Notes: generated by a model not told the origin, from the sequence alone. A stretch of DNA of 32,000 nucleotides from Bacillus subtilis subsp. subtilis str. 168 (GCF_000009045.1 NC_000964.3:3270001-3302000), one strand, 5' to 3'; positions 9,573-22,489 are shown, counted from the first letter of the stretch. Numbers and translations: made by a program.

Positions 9573-10250
9573 ATGGCTGTTCAGCAATATGGCGTGTTAA
9601 AAGGCATAGTATTAGACATGAAGCGGGAAACAGATGATGACAGTCCTCATTTCCAAGTCAAAATGCTCGGTGAAGAGAATACGTATTACAGGTGCGCCAT
9701 CAATGTGATGTCCAGTTCTGAGGAATCTGAAGTATTGTATTTGGCTGACGATCAGTTTGATTCGGGCTCAATTACCATCCTTCCGAACATGCCGTATGGA
9801 TATACAAGGATCAATGAAGCAAACCGTGAAGTGGCACTGGATTATGTGCGGGGCAATTTGTTTGACCCGCGGGAAATGAAGCCTTTGCCTCATGAAATCA
9901 CGGGACCTGATAATGATTTAAATGATTTTATTGAAACCTATATGAAGAAAGCACAAGATGAGAAAACGCCGGTTTATATATTCGGTTCAAAATTCGGCCC
10001 TGAACAGGCTGCAGATAAAATATTCGGCTTTACCCCGACTAACGGAATGCACAATATCCATATGAATCAAGGGAATGCAATGGATACCCGCTGGAAAAAA
10101 GACAACGGCTCTTGGCATGACGGGGGTATTCTGATTCAGTTTGCAGATCAGTGGGCCGCTGTGTTTTTAGCGTTTTTATCCCAATCTTGGTGTACCGATG
10201 AAAACGGAAACCCTGTCAGAGATTGTGATCATACCCAAACGTCTGCGTAA
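9573..10250 (+). CDS. yukJ: Conserved protein YukJ, DUF2278-like (225 aa), function unknown
   Basis: ORF MAVQQYGVLKGIVLDMKRETDDDSPHFQVKM...; RBS AAAGGAGG; position between ald and the dhb operon. Confidence 0.9.
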   Translation: MAVQQYGVLKGIVLDMKRETDDDSPHFQVKMLGEENTYYRCAINVMSSSEESEVLYLADDQFDSGSITILPNMPYGYTRINEANREVALDYVRGNLFDPREMKPLPHEITGPDNDLNDFIETYMKKAQDEKTPVYIFGSKFGPEQAADKIFGFTPTNGMHNIHMNQGNAMDTRWKKDNGSWHDGGILIQFADQWAAVFLAFLSQSWCTDENGNPVRDCDHTQTSA

Positions 10251-10255
10251 GATAG

Positions 10256-10286
10256 AAAAAGAGACTGCGGCAAGCAGTCTCTTTTT
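10256..10286. terminator. Bidirectional terminator between convergent yukJ and the dhb operon
   Basis: aaaaagagactgc-ggcaa-gcagtctcttttt, perfect 13-bp arms with A and T tracts on both sides. Confidence 0.9.
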
Positions 10287-10293
10287 GATAAGA

Positions 10294-10503
10294 TTACACA
10301 TTTTCAACAGTCTTTAGGCTGTTTGGCCTCATATCGCTCCAATGCGATTGGATATAGTCCAAACAAGCTTCACGCCCTTTTTGCTCATGAACGACTGTCC
10401 AGCCGCTCGGCACATCTATAAAACCCGGCCATAGGGAATATTGGCCTTCTTCATTGACCAGCACCAAATATGTGCCATCCGCATTTTCAAAAGGATTTGC
10501 CAT
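10294..10503 (-). CDS. ybdZ (mbtH-like): MbtH-like NRPS accessory protein (69 aa)
   Basis: [60 protein letters not shown]; canonical MbtH residues; 15 nt downstream of dhbF. The family assignment is firmer than the gene symbol. Confidence 0.93.
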
Positions 10504-10518
10504 TCTATTTCTCCTCCC

Positions 10519-13500
10519 TTATTTATTCAACTCTTCCAATTTGACAGCGAGAACCTTGCCGATTTGAGCCAGAGGTTCAGGCTGACATAAATCTTTATGA
10601 CGGCAGTCGATGTCGATTTGTTCAATCTGTCCGTTAATATAAGGCTTCCACGAGTCAGGTTCAATCGGGTCAAACCATTCAGGAATGATTGTTGATCTGA
10701 AAAACAAAACATTTCCGCGGAAGGTTTTCGGCTTATAGGAACCTAAAATGCCGACAGAATTTACATACGTATTCTTCAAATTTAAAATGACCGTTTCATC
10801 CAGGCTCGCAAGCGCACTGCCGTCACGGCGAAGAATCTCAATCGCCGCTTCAAAATCTAGCGGTTTTTCCCCTAAGCTGTCTGGATCATACCCGCCTAAC
10901 GCCAGAAGGGCAATAAGCGCTTCCTCATCATCCGGTGCCTCTTTTATAGGAAGGAAGTGGTTCGGATAGGCGTCCAGCATCACCAACAGGGATACTTCTT
11001 CTCCTTGATTTTGCAGCTGGGTAGCCATCGCTTGAACGACATTCCCGCCCAGGGACCAGCCCAGCAGATGGTACGGGCCTTTTGGCTGGACCGTTCGGAT
11101 TTGTTTAATGTAATCGGCAGCCATGTCATCAAGTGTTTTCGGAAGCTCCTCGCGCTGCCCGATTCCCCGTGCCTGCAAGCCGTAGATCGGATAATCTGTT
11201 CCTATATTGGTCATCAAACCGGCATAACACCAGCTGAGCCCCCCTGCCGGATGAACACAGAATAAAGGAGGCTTGTCTCCGCTTGTTCGGAGCGGCAGCA
11301 GAACGTCAAGAGCGCTTTGGCTTGATCCCATTTCAAGTCTTTCAGCGAGCCCGGCTACAGTAGGTGCTTCGAACAAGTTGCCGATGCTGAGTTCAACGCC
11401 GAGCGCTTCACGAATGCGGCTCATGAGCTGTACAGCAAGCAAGGAATGTCCGCCTAAATCAAAGAAACGGTCATCAATGCCGACACGCGGCAAGTGAAGC
11501 ACCTCCATAAAGAGGTCACAGAGAATTTCTTCCTGCGGCGTTCTCGGTCCTCGTCCTGTCACTGCCGCTGCGAAATCCGGAGCGGGCAGCGCTTTACGAT
11601 CAAGCTTTCCATTCGGTGTCAGCGGCAATTCTTTCATCGTCACAAAGGCAGCAGGCACCATGTAATCCGGCAGTCTCTCAGCAGCATATCTGCGCAGTTC
11701 CGCCGTATCAAATGTTTCTTCCGAAGGGATGACATAAGCTGCTAACCGTTTATCTCCCGGCTGATCCTCACGAACGATCACTGCCGCATCTTCAAGCTGC
11801 GGATGCTGAACAAGCGCGGCTTCAATTTCTCCCAATTCAATCCGGAATCCCCGAATTTTCACTTGATGGTCTGCACGGCCGACATAGTCGAGAGAACCGT
11901 CAGCGCGGAGGCGGGCCACATCCCCAGTGCGGTACATCCGGGTGCCTGGAGGACCGAACGGATCAGCTATGAAGCGTTCAGATGTTAAACCAGGCCGGCC
12001 TAGATAACCTCGTGCTAACCCCGCTCCTGATACATACAGCTCTCCGGCAACACCCGGCGGGACCGGCTGCAGGCGTTCATCCAGCACGTATACACCAAGA
12101 TCGGGAATGCCGCAGCCGATCAAGCTGTTTGCCCGTAAAGCTGCCATGCTTCGGTCTAATTCGATATAGCTCACATGCACCGTCGTTTCTGTAATACCAT
12201 ACATATTGATAAGCTGCGGTCTATTTTCAGGGTGGCGGTTGTACCAATCCTCTAAACGGCTGAGTTCAAGCGCTTCTCCGCCAAAAATGACATAGCGCAG
12301 ACTGAGTGCCTGTCCGAGATCCGGCTGTTCCCGTTCCGCCTGCATAAACTGATAGAAAGCAGACGGTGTCTGGTTCAGAACAGTCACCCCCTCTTTGACA
12401 AGCAGGCGCAGAAACGCTTCTGGCGATCTGCTGACGTGGTGAGGCACGATTACAAGACGTCCGCCATGCAGCAGAGGACCCCAGATCTCCCACACCGAAA
12501 AATCAAACGCATAGGAATGGAACATGGTCCAGATATCACCTGAGCTGAAACGGAACCAGTGCTCGGTCGCTGCAAATAAACGTGTTACATTTTGGTGAGG
12601 AATCATCACACCTTTTGGAACACCTGTTGAGCCGGATGTATAAATGACATATGCCGTATTCAAAGGGGAAAGCGGCTGAGTCCTATCCTTATTTTTTGGA
12701 TTACCTGCAGGGTACGTGTTTAGTTTCTCTGCCAGCTCGGGATCATCCAGCACGATTTTCGGCACGTTTTCAACTGGCGGAATGTGATTTGCAGCTTTAG
12801 TGTTCGTCATGATAAACGCAGGCTGTGCATCTTTTAGCATAAAAGCAATTCGATCAGCCGGATAATCCGGATCAAGAGGGAGATAAGCTGCCCCGGCCTT
12901 TAGCACCGCCAATAGGCCGACAGCCATTTCCAACGATCGGGGCAGTGCCAATGCCACAAATTGCTCCGGCCCGACACCTTCACTAATCATCATTCGGGCA
13001 AGCCGGTTTGCTCTTTCATTCAGCTCTGCATAGCTCAGTTCCTGATTTTCATATACAACGGCAATGGCATCAGGACGTAAAGCAGCCTGCTTCTCAAATT
13101 GCTCTGGCAAACATGCGTGCGGAATCTTTTCAGATACACTTTGCCAATCAGTCACCATGCTGCTGTGTTCCTCTGGCGCAAGAATATCCAGATTTCCGAT
13201 TTGCTCGTCAGGATCAGACTCGGCAGCCTCCAACAGGCGCATCAATCGGTCAGCAAGAGCCTGAGCAGTTTCCCGTTTGAAAAGATCAGTGCTGTATTCA
13301 AGCAGTCCTTCCATTCCGTTTGGTGTCCCGTCAGCAAGGCGATCTTCACTAATTTCCAGCGTCAAATCAAACTTGGCAGAACCGACACTGTTGATTCGCA
13401 GGCTGCTCTCCATATCAGGAAGATGCAGTTCAGCGTCCGGTGTGTTTTGGAACGCAAGCATGATTTGGAATAAAGGATGCGTCGCACGCGAACGAGCCGG

Positions 13501-16500
13501 ATTGAGCACCTCTACAAGTCTCTCAAACGGCAGATCCTGATTGTCATAGGCGGCCAGATTCACTTCCCGTACTCTGTCTAGAAGCTCACGAAAGCTTGGG
13601 TCACCGGACGTATCAGTTCTGAGCACCAATGTATTAATGAACAGCCCTACAAGATCGCCCAGCGCATCATCATTCCGTCCCGCGATCGGACTGCCGATCG
13701 GAATGTCGGTGCCCGCCCCGAGCCTTGTCAATAAAGCGGCGAGACCGGATTGAAGCACCATAAACAGGCTCACCCTATTTGCGCGAGCCAGCTCCTGCAA
13801 TCGCTTGTGAAACTCGGGCTCAATACGAAAATGAATCGTATCTCCATCATGACTCGGCTCAGCCGGACGTGAATAATCGGTTGGCAGTTCAAGCTGATCA
13901 GGCAGGTTTTTCAAGGTTTCTTTCCAGAAAGCAAGCTGTCCGGCAATCAAGCTATTTGGATCATCCTCGTTTCCAAGCAGTTCTTGCTGCCAAAGCGCAT
14001 AGTCTGCATACTGCACAGCAAGAGGCGCCCATTCGGGAGATCGTCCGTGGCAGCGAGCCGCATAAGCTGTCCCAAGGTCTCTGGTCAGCGGTGTTAAGGA
14101 CCAGCCGTCCCCGACAATATGATGGACGAGAAGAAGCAGCACGTACTCGTCAGGACCGATCACAAAAAGCTCGGCACGAAAAGCAGGTTCAGCTGCAAGA
14201 TCAAAGCTGTAGCGTACAGCTTCGGCAAGCCGATCAGAAAGCTCCTTCTCAGCAATTTCAGTAACATGTAACTCGGGACAGGCTCGATCGGCATCTAAAA
14301 TATGCTGATAGGATGTCCCCTGTGATTCAGGGAAGATCGTCCGAAGACTTTCATGACGGCAGACGAGGTCATAAAGTGCCGCTTTCAGCAATCCTTGATC
14401 CAACTCACCTGACAAACGGACAGCAACCGGAATATTATAAGTAGGACTCGGTCCTTCCAGACAATGCAGGAACCATAGCCGGCGCTGGGCAAATGAGAGC
14501 GGGATCTTTTCAGGCCGCTCAGCTCTCTGCAAAGCGGGACATGCACTCTGCGCCAAATCAAGATGGGCAGCGAGTCCGGCTACTGTCGGTTCGTCAAAGA
14601 GCTTGGCGATACCAAGTTCGGCTCCCATTACCTCGCGAATGCGGCTCATCAGACGGGCTGCAAGAAGAGAATGGCCCCCAAGCTCGAAGAAACTGTCATC
14701 GATACCGACGCGTGCCAAACCGAGAACCTCTGCAAACAAGTCACACAATATCTCTTCCTGAGGAGTCCGCGGGGCCCGATCACTGACAGATGTGCTGAAG
14801 TCTGGTGCCGGCAGTGCTTTCCGGTCAAGCTTGCCATTAGGTGTTAACGGCAGCTCGTCCATCTCCACAAACGCCGACGGTACCATATAATCAGGAAGAC
14901 TAGCCCCCATATAACGACGAAGCTCTGCAGTATCAATAGCAGCATCAGCGACTACATAAGCCGCCAATCGTTTGTCTCCCGGCTGATCTTCCCGTACGAC
15001 AACCGCGGCCTGTTCAATGTGCGGGTGATTGGCAAGCACGGCATCAATTTCTCCAAGTTCAATTCGGAATCCGCGAATTTTGATTTGATGATCCGCCCGC
15101 CCGATATAATCCAAAGACCCATCGGCGCGCCAGCGGGCCTGGTCTCCGGTCCGATACATCCGAGTTCCCGGCGGTCCGTATGGATCTGCAACGAAGCGCT
15201 CCGCCGTTAAATCAGGACGATGGAAATAACCTCTGGCCAAGCCGGTTCCTGCAATATAAAGCTCTCCGACAACGCCCGGCGGCACCGGCTGCAATCCATT
15301 ATCAAGCACATACACCTGCGTGTTCCAAATCGGTTTCCCAATCGGAGGAACGCCCTTCAGCCCTTCTTCAAGAAAAGCTGCGGCAGACCAAATCGTTGTT
15401 TCAGTGGGACCGTATAAGTTCGTGACTGAACAATGAAGGTCTTGAAGTTCCTGCAAAAGACCGCTCGGCAGCGCCTCGCCTCCTACAAGCACTCTAAGCC
15501 CCCGAAGTTTCTCAGGTTCACTCGTTACCAAAGCGTGCCACAGTGTCGGTGTCGCCTGCATAATGTTAATATCGAAATTTTCAATCATTTGAGCTAATGC
15601 CTGCGGCTCACGGATCGTTTCTTTCTTTGCGATCACGATTTGCGCTCCGCTAATCAGCGGAAGATATAACTCCAATGCTGAAATATCAAAAGCGACAGTC
15701 GTCACAGCCAACAGCCTGTCTTCTTCTCCTAGAGAAAATGCCTCCTGCATAGACAGCAGAAAATTGCTTAAGCTTTTCTGTGTCACAACGACTCCCTTCG
15801 GTCTTCCTGTTGATCCTGAGGTATAGATGATATACGCAGGATGGTCAAGCGAAACCGATACATCCTGATTTTCCGGCGAATAGCGTTTTATAATCTCCTG
15901 TGTAACAGCCTGATCAAGCACAAGCTCAGGTACAGCCAGGTCATCAGGCAGACTGGCTGCTATTTCCTCAGTCGTTATGATGCATGAAGGTTTCGCATCC
16001 TCCAGCATGTAAGAAATGCGGTCGGCTGGAAACTCCGGATCAAGGGGGAGATACGCCGCACCAGTCTTGAGCACACCAAGCATTGAAGCCACCATCTCAG
16101 GGGAACGCGGCAGCGCCAAAGCGACAAATTGCTCCGGACCAATCCCTTTTTCGATCAACAGACGCGCGAGGCGGTTTGCCTCTTCATTGAGCTTTCGATA
16201 GTTGACTTGAATGTCATCACACATGAGAGCGATACGTTCTGGCGTAAGAACTGCCTGCTTTTCGAACATGTCCTGAAGGCTGACCAGCTTCTCGGATTTT
16301 GCCGTCTCATTCCATTTAGAAATGACTTTTTCTTTCTCCTCTGGCAACAGAAGCTCCATTTGCCCAATCAGCATGTCCTCTCCGGCAGAAGCCGTTTGCA
16401 GCAGCTGCAAAATACGCTGCTGATGAAGCTTAATATCAGACTCACTGTATACCTCGGGATTCGCATCAACATCAATTCGCAGCCCGCTGCCGTCTGTTCT

Positions 16501-17655
16501 GTCATATACATTGATTGATAGATCATCAACAGGACCGGCTGAAAGATTATGCGTTGTGCCCCGGACGCCGGCAAAGTCGAGACCGTAATCAAACGGCATA
16601 AGATTGATTTGAGGGCCAAATAATCTATGATTTTCTCCTATCAATTTCAGATCGCGCCTAAGCTCTTCATGGCGATACTTATGATGTCGCCGAATACTGC
16701 GGATTTCCCGGGAAATTTGCTGAATCAGTTCAGAAAAGCTCATCGAAGAGCTTACCGTCAGCCGGAGCGGGAGAAGGTTCATCACCATAGCCGGTACATT
16801 CAGTGACGCGGACCCTATCCGACCCATCATGGGCAGGCCGAGCACAACATCCTCAGAGCCGGTCATACGGTGCACATAAACAGCTGACACCGCAATCATG
16901 ACTTCATGCCAGCTTCCTGAGAAATAGCGCGCCGCTTCTTTTAACGCGTTTACATCAGACGGAGGCAGATATGCCGTATGACGAAGAAAACTGTTAGATG
17001 TTCTTGGCGCCCGATCAGCCAAGCTCACAACTTCAGGTGCATCTGCAAAACGGTCCAGCCAGAATTGACGATCCTTCTCATACTGCTCTGATCCGCGATA
17101 ATCTGTATCCTCCTCCAAAATGGCCTGGAGAGACCCAAAGGAACGGCTTTTAGCTGTTTGTCCTTTTATAAGGGCAGTATATGTACTTGCCACACGCTGG
17201 GCTATCAGGGAAAAACCGAAGCCGTCGATCGCTATATGGTGAATGCGCTGATACCAAAAGAAACGATCAGGCCCGGCAATAAACAGAGCTTCATTGAACA
17301 AAGGGGCATACCCTAAATCAACCGGCTTTGCTAAATCAGCTTTCATCCAGTTTAATGCTGTTTTTTCCGGATCAGGCTCAGAGCTGACGTCAATGACGTG
17401 CAGCTGTACATCCGGAGACGGGTTTATCATCTGCCAAGGCCCGTCCATATTTTCACCGAAGCGGACATGCAGCGATTCCGCTTCCTTGATCACGTGCCGC
17501 AAAGCTTCTTCAAAAAGAGCAATATTGACTGGTCCATTGATTTCTATATATTCCGCTGTATTGTAGATTGGATTGTCCGGATCAAGCTGCTGAGCAAACC
17601 ATATGCCAGTTTGCGCCCCGGTCAAAGAATATTGAAGATCTTTTGTATCAGGCAT
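10519..17655 (-). CDS. dhbF: Bacillibactin dimodular NRPS DhbF (2378 aa; C-A-T-C-A-T-TE)
   Basis: Condensation motifs HHIAIDGFG and HHIVGDGWS; adenylation motifs [11 protein letters not shown] and [11 protein letters not shown]; carrier sites [12 protein letters not shown] (~14690) and [12 protein letters not shown] (~11460); thioesterase GWSLGG (~11050). Specificity residues read by me as DILQLGLIWK (Gly) and DFWNIGMVHK (Thr). Confidence 0.98.
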   Translation of the reverse strand: MPDTKDLQYSLTGAQTGIWFAQQLDPDNPIYNTAEYIEINGPVNIALFEEALRHVIKEAESLHVRFGENMDGPWQMINPSPDVQLHVIDVSSEPDPEKTALNWMKADLAKPVDLGYAPLFNEALFIAGPDRFFWYQRIHHIAIDGFGFSLIAQRVASTYTALIKGQTAKSRSFGSLQAILEEDTDYRGSEQYEKDRQFWLDRFADAPEVVSLADRAPRTSNSFLRHTAYLPPSDVNALKEAARYFSGSWHEVMIAVSAVYVHRMTGSEDVVLGLPMMGRIGSASLNVPAMVMNLLPLRLTVSSSMSFSELIQQISREIRSIRRHHKYRHEELRRDLKLIGENHRLFGPQINLMPFDYGLDFAGVRGTTHNLSAGPVDDLSINVYDRTDGSGLRIDVDANPEVYSESDIKLHQQRILQLLQTASAGEDMLIGQMELLLPEEKEKVISKWNETAKSEKLVSLQDMFEKQAVLTPERIALMCDDIQVNYRKLNEEANRLARLLIEKGIGPEQFVALALPRSPEMVASMLGVLKTGAAYLPLDPEFPADRISYMLEDAKPSCIITTEEIAASLPDDLAVPELVLDQAVTQEIIKRYSPENQDVSVSLDHPAYIIYTSGSTGRPKGVVVTQKSLSNFLLSMQEAFSLGEEDRLLAVTTVAFDISALELYLPLISGAQIVIAKKETIREPQALAQMIENFDINIMQATPTLWHALVTSEPEKLRGLRVLVGGEALPSGLLQELQDLHCSVTNLYGPTETTIWSAAAFLEEGLKGVPPIGKPIWNTQVYVLDNGLQPVPPGVVGELYIAGTGLARGYFHRPDLTAERFVADPYGPPGTRMYRTGDQARWRADGSLDYIGRADHQIKIRGFRIELGEIDAVLANHPHIEQAAVVVREDQPGDKRLAAYVVADAAIDTAELRRYMGASLPDYMVPSAFVEMDELPLTPNGKLDRKALPAPDFSTSVSDRAPRTPQEEILCDLFAEVLGLARVGIDDSFFELGGHSLLAARLMSRIREVMGAELGIAKLFDEPTVAGLAAHLDLAQSACPALQRAERPEKIPLSFAQRRLWFLHCLEGPSPTYNIPVAVRLSGELDQGLLKAALYDLVCRHESLRTIFPESQGTSYQHILDADRACPELHVTEIAEKELSDRLAEAVRYSFDLAAEPAFRAELFVIGPDEYVLLLLVHHIVGDGWSLTPLTRDLGTAYAARCHGRSPEWAPLAVQYADYALWQQELLGNEDDPNSLIAGQLAFWKETLKNLPDQLELPTDYSRPAEPSHDGDTIHFRIEPEFHKRLQELARANRVSLFMVLQSGLAALLTRLGAGTDIPIGSPIAGRNDDALGDLVGLFINTLVLRTDTSGDPSFRELLDRVREVNLAAYDNQDLPFERLVEVLNPARSRATHPLFQIMLAFQNTPDAELHLPDMESSLRINSVGSAKFDLTLEISEDRLADGTPNGMEGLLEYSTDLFKRETAQALADRLMRLLEAAESDPDEQIGNLDILAPEEHSSMVTDWQSVSEKIPHACLPEQFEKQAALRPDAIAVVYENQELSYAELNERANRLARMMISEGVGPEQFVALALPRSLEMAVGLLAVLKAGAAYLPLDPDYPADRIAFMLKDAQPAFIMTNTKAANHIPPVENVPKIVLDDPELAEKLNTYPAGNPKNKDRTQPLSPLNTAYVIYTSGSTGVPKGVMIPHQNVTRLFAATEHWFRFSSGDIWTMFHSYAFDFSVWEIWGPLLHGGRLVIVPHHVSRSPEAFLRLLVKEGVTVLNQTPSAFYQFMQAEREQPDLGQALSLRYVIFGGEALELSRLEDWYNRHPENRPQLINMYGITETTVHVSYIELDRSMAALRANSLIGCGIPDLGVYVLDERLQPVPPGVAGELYVSGAGLARGYLGRPGLTSERFIADPFGPPGTRMYRTGDVARLRADGSLDYVGRADHQVKIRGFRIELGEIEAALVQHPQLEDAAVIVREDQPGDKRLAAYVIPSEETFDTAELRRYAAERLPDYMVPAAFVTMKELPLTPNGKLDRKALPAPDFAAAVTGRGPRTPQEEILCDLFMEVLHLPRVGIDDRFFDLGGHSLLAVQLMSRIREALGVELSIGNLFEAPTVAGLAERLEMGSSQSALDVLLPLRTSGDKPPLFCVHPAGGLSWCYAGLMTNIGTDYPIYGLQARGIGQREELPKTLDDMAADYIKQIRTVQPKGPYHLLGWSLGGNVVQAMATQLQNQGEEVSLLVMLDAYPNHFLPIKEAPDDEEALIALLALGGYDPDSLGEKPLDFEAAIEILRRDGSALASLDETVILNLKNTYVNSVGILGSYKPKTFRGNVLFFRSTIIPEWFDPIEPDSWKPYINGQIEQIDIDCRHKDLCQPEPLAQIGKVLAVKLEELNK

Positions 17656-17674
17656 CCGTTTGTTTACCCTCCTT

Positions 17675-18613
17675 TTATAAATAATCCGCGTTTGGCAGCA
17701 CTTGCTGGCTGCGAGTTGTGAGCAATTTCTGCCATTCTTCGATCGTTGGGCGTTCAGCCAATTCCACGAAAGTCACCTCTGCCCCTTCACGGCGCCATTG
17801 TTCCACCAATGTCATGATCCTTACCGAATCAAGACCACGATCGAGCAAATCCTCTTGATCTGTGATGTCTTCCGGTGTTTCTTGTAGAAGCTCAGCAATT
17901 TGTTTACGGATATTCTCACATGTAAACACGTTCTTTTTGCCAGTGTTTGCTGACGTTTTTTGAACGTCTGCCGGCGCATTCTGCAGCTGATCAAGAAGAC
18001 TGTCAGTCATCACGGTAAACGCACAGCGTCCAGCCGCATATTCCAGCGCCATTTGATGTTTTTCTAATGAAAAATCAGCAACTGCATCTCCCACAAAAAA
18101 GGCTTTAATATCCTCCATAAATGCTTCACATGCTGTAACAAGACAGCCGATATGGGCGTAAATTCCTGTAATGATCAGCTGATCGCGTCCCTCTTTGCGC
18201 ATCATTTCAAGCAGATTCGTTCTCTTAAACGCGCTGTATCTCCATTTTGTCAGCACAAGATCATCATCCTCTGGTGCCAGCTCGGTTATAATTTTCTCCT
18301 CATAAGGACCGCTGTTTAATCCCGGGCCCCAAAAGTCTGTCAGCAGCGCACGGTCATCCGGATTTTGGCTTCCCGGCTGTGCGGTATAGACAACAGGAAT
18401 CCCAAGCTGAACACATTGATTCTTCAGCTTTCGTATATTCGCTGAAAGCTCTGTTACCGGAGACGCTCCCGCTGTGAAAGCATCAACAAAATAGTTTTGC
18501 ATATCGTGTATTAACAAGACAGCCCGATTCGGATCAGGCACCCATGATACTTTGTTTTGCGGCATATCAGATGCTGTCGGCATTTGATACGGCTGAATGG
18601 CAGGTATAGCCAT
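17675..18613 (-). CDS. dhbB: Isochorismatase with C-terminal aryl carrier domain DhbB (312 aa)
   Basis: [24 protein letters not shown]...[10 protein letters not shown]; carrier motif [12 protein letters not shown]. Track start (18631) is 6 codons too early. Confidence 0.97.
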   Translation of the reverse strand: MAIPAIQPYQMPTASDMPQNKVSWVPDPNRAVLLIHDMQNYFVDAFTAGASPVTELSANIRKLKNQCVQLGIPVVYTAQPGSQNPDDRALLTDFWGPGLNSGPYEEKIITELAPEDDDLVLTKWRYSAFKRTNLLEMMRKEGRDQLIITGIYAHIGCLVTACEAFMEDIKAFFVGDAVADFSLEKHQMALEYAAGRCAFTVMTDSLLDQLQNAPADVQKTSANTGKKNVFTCENIRKQIAELLQETPEDITDQEDLLDRGLDSVRIMTLVEQWRREGAEVTFVELAERPTIEEWQKLLTTRSQQVLPNADYL

Positions 18614-18640
18614 ATGAACACTTCCTCTCAAATTGTTGTT

Positions 18641-20260
18641 TTATTTTTTAAATCCTGCAAGAAGCTTCTCGGAAATGGCTTCACGGAGCGCTTTTTTGCT
18701 GACTTTTCCTACTCCTGTCTGCGGGAAGGATTCGACAAATTCAACTCGATCAGGGATTTTATATGCCGCCAGTCCGCGCTCTCTCAAAAATGCTTTAAGC
18801 TCTGCGGCTTTTGGGGCTTCATCCCGGGGAATAATGAACACACAAGATCTTTCGCCAAGAAATTGATCAGGCATGGAGACCATTGCCGCATCATGGACAG
18901 CCGGATGCGCCAGCAGATGATTTTCTACCTCTTCAGCCGCAACCTTTTCTCCTCCACGGTTAATTTGATCCTTCGCCCGGCCTTCAACGACAATATAGCC
19001 GTCTCGTGTCAGCCTGACGATATCACCCGTACGGTAAAAACCGTCCTCAGTAAATGAAGCGGCGTTATGCTCTTCTGCCTTATAGTAACCTCGAATTGTA
19101 TACGGCCCCCGCGTCAGCAGATGGCCTGTTTCACCAGGTTTTACGTCGCGATCATGATCATCCCAAACACGCATTTCATCATATGGAGACATCGGTTTTC
19201 CTTGGGTGTTGACAATGATCTCCTCAGGATCATCCAATCTCGTATAATTGACGAGACCCTCTGCCATTCCGAACACCTGCTGCAGCGTGCAGCCGAAAAC
19301 AGCTTTTACCCTGCGCGCGGCTTCAGCACTAAACTTGGCACCGCCGACCTGCAGCACTTGAAGGCTGGATAAATCATCACGGCGTGAGGATGCCGCATCC
19401 ATCCATACCATCGCAAGAGGCGGAACAAGAGCGGTTATCGTGACCTTTTCCCGTTCAATTAAAGGAAATGCGTCATCTGGACTTGGAGAAGGAGATAATA
19501 CCACTCTTCCTCCAGCGTATAATACGCCGAGAACGCCGGGTGAGCTCAGCGGATAATTGTGTGCCATCGGCAGCGCGGCCAAGTACACCGTGCTGTGGTC
19601 GAGCCAGCAGACCTCCACACTCCGCTTCAGGCTGTATATGTAGTCATCGTGGGTCCTCGGAATCAGTTTCGATAGCCCGGTGCTCCCGCCAGAAAGCTGG
19701 AGGAACGCCACATCCGATGATTTGACTTCAGGCAGTTTTACAGGTTCTGCATGCAAATCCTCCAGCGGTAAAAATTCCTCTGCCTCACCTGCGACAATGA
19801 TGTTTTTCAAAGTCGGCAGCTTGCTTTGAACCTGTCTGGCAAGCGAACGGTAGTCAAAACCGGAATAAGCGTCGGGAATGATATATGCAGCCGCTTCAGC
19901 AAACTCGCAAAAATATGTAATTTCACTGCTTCGATGAGAAGGCAGTGCGAAGACTGGAAGCGCCCCCAGACGGAAAAGCGCGAAAATGACTTCAAAAAAC
20001 TCTTTGATATTTGGCAACTGCACCACAACACGATCCATCTGTTGAATGCCGAGCTTTTGAAATCCGGCAGCCAGGCGATCAGCCCTTGTGTCAAGCTCTC
20101 GATAGCTCCAATGGGTGTTTCCGCATGTAATGGCAATGCGATCACCATATTTGGCTGCCCGGTCCCTTAACAAATCTCCAAACGTCTCACCGGCCCAGCA
20201 GCCGTTCTTTCGATAGGTCTCAGCTAACTCATCAGGCCAAGGCGTAAATCCTTTCAGCAT
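18641..20260 (-). CDS. dhbE: 2,3-dihydroxybenzoate-AMP ligase DhbE (539 aa)
   Basis: [27 protein letters not shown]...; [28 protein letters not shown] just before the ATG at 20260; track ORF has a 56-aa N-terminal extension overlapping the dhbC 3' end. Confidence 0.97.
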
Positions 20261-20288
20261 GTTGTATCCCTCCAGCAATTCATTCTGT

Positions 20289-21485
20289 TCATATGTGATC
20301 CACGCCCATTGCCCGCAGCATTGTCCGAAACTTTGCGGACGTCTCCTGAAGCTCGTCCTCAGGCTTTGAACCGGCCACAACACCAGCTCCAGCATACAGG
20401 CGGAGTGAGCGTTCTTCTGCTTCTGCACAACGGATGGTCACGATCCATTCTCCGTCACCGGCATCGTCACACCATCCGACCATGCCGGTAAAGAAACCGC
20501 GGTCAAATGGTTCAATGCTGAGAATCGCTTCTCTTGCAAGATCAGTCGGTGTTCCGCAGACGGCTGGCGTCGGGTGGAGCGCCGCCGCCAATTCAAGTGC
20601 GGTTACAGACGGGTCGGAAAGCTCTCCCTTAATCACGCTGGACAGGTGCCACATCGTTTCCGTTTTGATCAGTGAAGGCTTCTCCGGAACCTCCAGCGTC
20701 CGGCAGAAAGGTCTCAGCGCTGCCGCAACCGCGTCAGCGACAACCGCGTGCTCATGAAGATCCTTTGCGGAAGAAAGCAATTCAGCTGCCCGGCGCTGGT
20801 CTTCAACAGGATCATTACTGCGCGGTCTTGAGCCGGCTAATGGGTTGGAAACGACCTGTGTTCCCATCCTTGAAACGAGAAGCTCCGGACTTGCTCCGAG
20901 CAATGTTCTGCGGGGAGACGTTTCCTCCTGACTGGACACGTCTGCGGCAAACGTGTAGCCATGCGAGTTATGCTGAGCCAGATGGCGAAGCAATTCATCC
21001 GTCTGAATCGGTTCAGGCGATGTCAAATGCAGCGATCTGGACAGGACGATTTTGCTGAGTGTTCCATCGGCAATGCGTGCCAGCCCTTGTTCAACACCAT
21101 TTTTATAATCCTCAGGTTCAGGAACAGGCTTTATGTGGTATGTATGCCCAGCCTGCTGTTCCTTTTCCTCATGATCAAATTGAAGCGGTCCTGACCAGCG
21201 CACTTCTTCAGGTACAACGAGCCGCGCTGCTTTTACTTGATCAAAAGGAACGGCCCCGACAACAAGCGGCCGGCTTTGCCCTGATTGTTTTGCCTGACGT
21301 AACGCCTCTGCAATTCGGCCAGAAAGGGTTTCCATTTGGTTTTGCCCGTCTGCCTCCGGTACAATTTCACATATGCCTTTCGCTAACAGTACACGATGAG
21401 GAGACGCTAAGAAAAAGGCGCCCGGCTGATATTCATGAAGCAAATGCTCCGCTTTTGTTTCTGTTATAACGTTTTGATCCAACAT
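20289..21485 (-). CDS. dhbC: Isochorismate synthase DhbC (398 aa)
   Basis: [22 protein letters not shown]...; chorismate-binding family motifs ([30 protein letters not shown]). AAAGGAGG favours the second ATG (21485). Confidence 0.96.
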   Translation of the reverse strand: MLDQNVITETKAEHLLHEYQPGAFFLASPHRVLLAKGICEIVPEADGQNQMETLSGRIAEALRQAKQSGQSRPLVVGAVPFDQVKAARLVVPEEVRWSGPLQFDHEEKEQQAGHTYHIKPVPEPEDYKNGVEQGLARIADGTLSKIVLSRSLHLTSPEPIQTDELLRHLAQHNSHGYTFAADVSSQEETSPRRTLLGASPELLVSRMGTQVVSNPLAGSRPRSNDPVEDQRRAAELLSSAKDLHEHAVVADAVAAALRPFCRTLEVPEKPSLIKTETMWHLSSVIKGELSDPSVTALELAAALHPTPAVCGTPTDLAREAILSIEPFDRGFFTGMVGWCDDAGDGEWIVTIRCAEAEERSLRLYAGAGVVAGSKPEDELQETSAKFRTMLRAMGVDHI

Positions 21486-21510
21486 TCTCATGAACCTCCT
21501 TTAAATTCAG

Positions 21511-22296
21511 TTACACGCCTAAGGTCGCGCCGCCATCTACGCATAAATTATGCATCGTAATATGCCCTGCCTGGCCAGAAACCAAAAAGAGCACCGCATC
21601 CGCAATATCCGAAGGCTTGGCTAGTTTTTTGAGCGGGATCCCTGTTTTAAATGTCTCAAGTGATCCTTTTATGACTTGCTCCGCTCCATTCTCGTCGGCC
21701 CATAATGACCACTGCATGTCTGTTTCCGTTGATCCGGGAGATACAATGTTGCAGCGAATATTGTATTCTGCAAGCTCAAGGCCAAGGCATTTCGTAAACA
21801 TCACAGCCGCAGCCTTTGAAGACGCATATGCCGCCATAGATGTTCTTGGTACACCGGCAGCATTCGATCCGACTGTTACAATCGAACCCGATCTTCGGTC
21901 CATCATATATTTGCTGACTGAACGCGAGGCGTTAAATACGCCAGTCGAATTCACTGAGAACGTCGCCTCCCATTCCTCATCGCTAAGCGAATGGATCAGT
22001 CCCGGGCGAAGGACACCCGCTACATTCACTAAAATATCAATCGGCCCCATTTCACGTTCGATGCGCGCCGTGATCTCGTCAATCGCCGCGCTGTCTCTCA
22101 CATCCGCAGGAAAAGCTTCTGCATGGCGGCCTTCTGCTTTGAGGCTGCTCACAACCTTTTCCAGCTTTTCAGGATTATAATCAACTGCCGCAATATGTGC
22201 GCCTTGACTGGCAAGCGTCCGCGCAACAGCTTCGCCTATTCCTTGGGCAGCCCCTGTTATAAAAGCAATTTTTCCCTCTATACCCTTTGCATTCAT
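21511..22296 (-). CDS. dhbA: 2,3-dihydro-2,3-dihydroxybenzoate dehydrogenase DhbA (261 aa, SDR)
   Basis: MNAKGIEGKIAFITGAAQGIGEAVARTLA... (TGxxxGxG), YASSKAA; RBS upstream of 22296. Confidence 0.97.
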   Translation of the reverse strand: MNAKGIEGKIAFITGAAQGIGEAVARTLASQGAHIAAVDYNPEKLEKVVSSLKAEGRHAEAFPADVRDSAAIDEITARIEREMGPIDILVNVAGVLRPGLIHSLSDEEWEATFSVNSTGVFNASRSVSKYMMDRRSGSIVTVGSNAAGVPRTSMAAYASSKAAAVMFTKCLGLELAEYNIRCNIVSPGSTETDMQWSLWADENGAEQVIKGSLETFKTGIPLKKLAKPSDIADAVLFLVSGQAGHITMHNLCVDGGATLGV

Positions 22297-22379
22297 ATCA
22301 TCAATTCCTTTCTTCGCTCTAAATGCCAAACAGACATCCAGCGAAAAAGACTGCTGCGCCTTGAAAAACGCAATCTATT

Positions 22380-22398
22380 GATAATGATTATCATTATC
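22380..22398. promoter_or_regulatory. Fur box controlling the dhb operon
   Basis: GATAATGATTATCATTATC; perfect inverted repeat (extends to 22378-22400) matching the classic 19-bp Fur consensus. Confidence 0.95.
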
Positions 22399-22399
22399 A

Positions 22400-22440
22400 A
22401 TTATAAAAATAATCATATCCAAATGTCATGTGACAGTCAA
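22400..22440 (-). promoter_or_regulatory. dhbA operon promoter (two overlapping sigma-A candidates)
   Basis: Minus strand TTGACT (22440-22435)-17-TATGAT (22417-22412), and alternatively ATGACA (22429-22424)-18-TATAAT (22405-22400). Confidence 0.7.
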
Positions 22441-22489
22441 ATATAATTTCAGTGACAAATATTTTTTTAAAGGCAAGGCTGAGTATGTC

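Noticed and set aside
10748-17566. Many plus-strand ORFs of 60-160 aa opposite dhbF (for example 13779..14264, 161 aa)
   Set aside because: Shadow ORFs antisense to a 7-kb high-GC NRPS gene; no RBS and no recognisable domains.
20261-20428. 56-aa N-terminal extension of dhbE
   Set aside because: Overlaps the dhbC coding region and bypasses the GGAGGG RBS placed just before the ATG at 20260.
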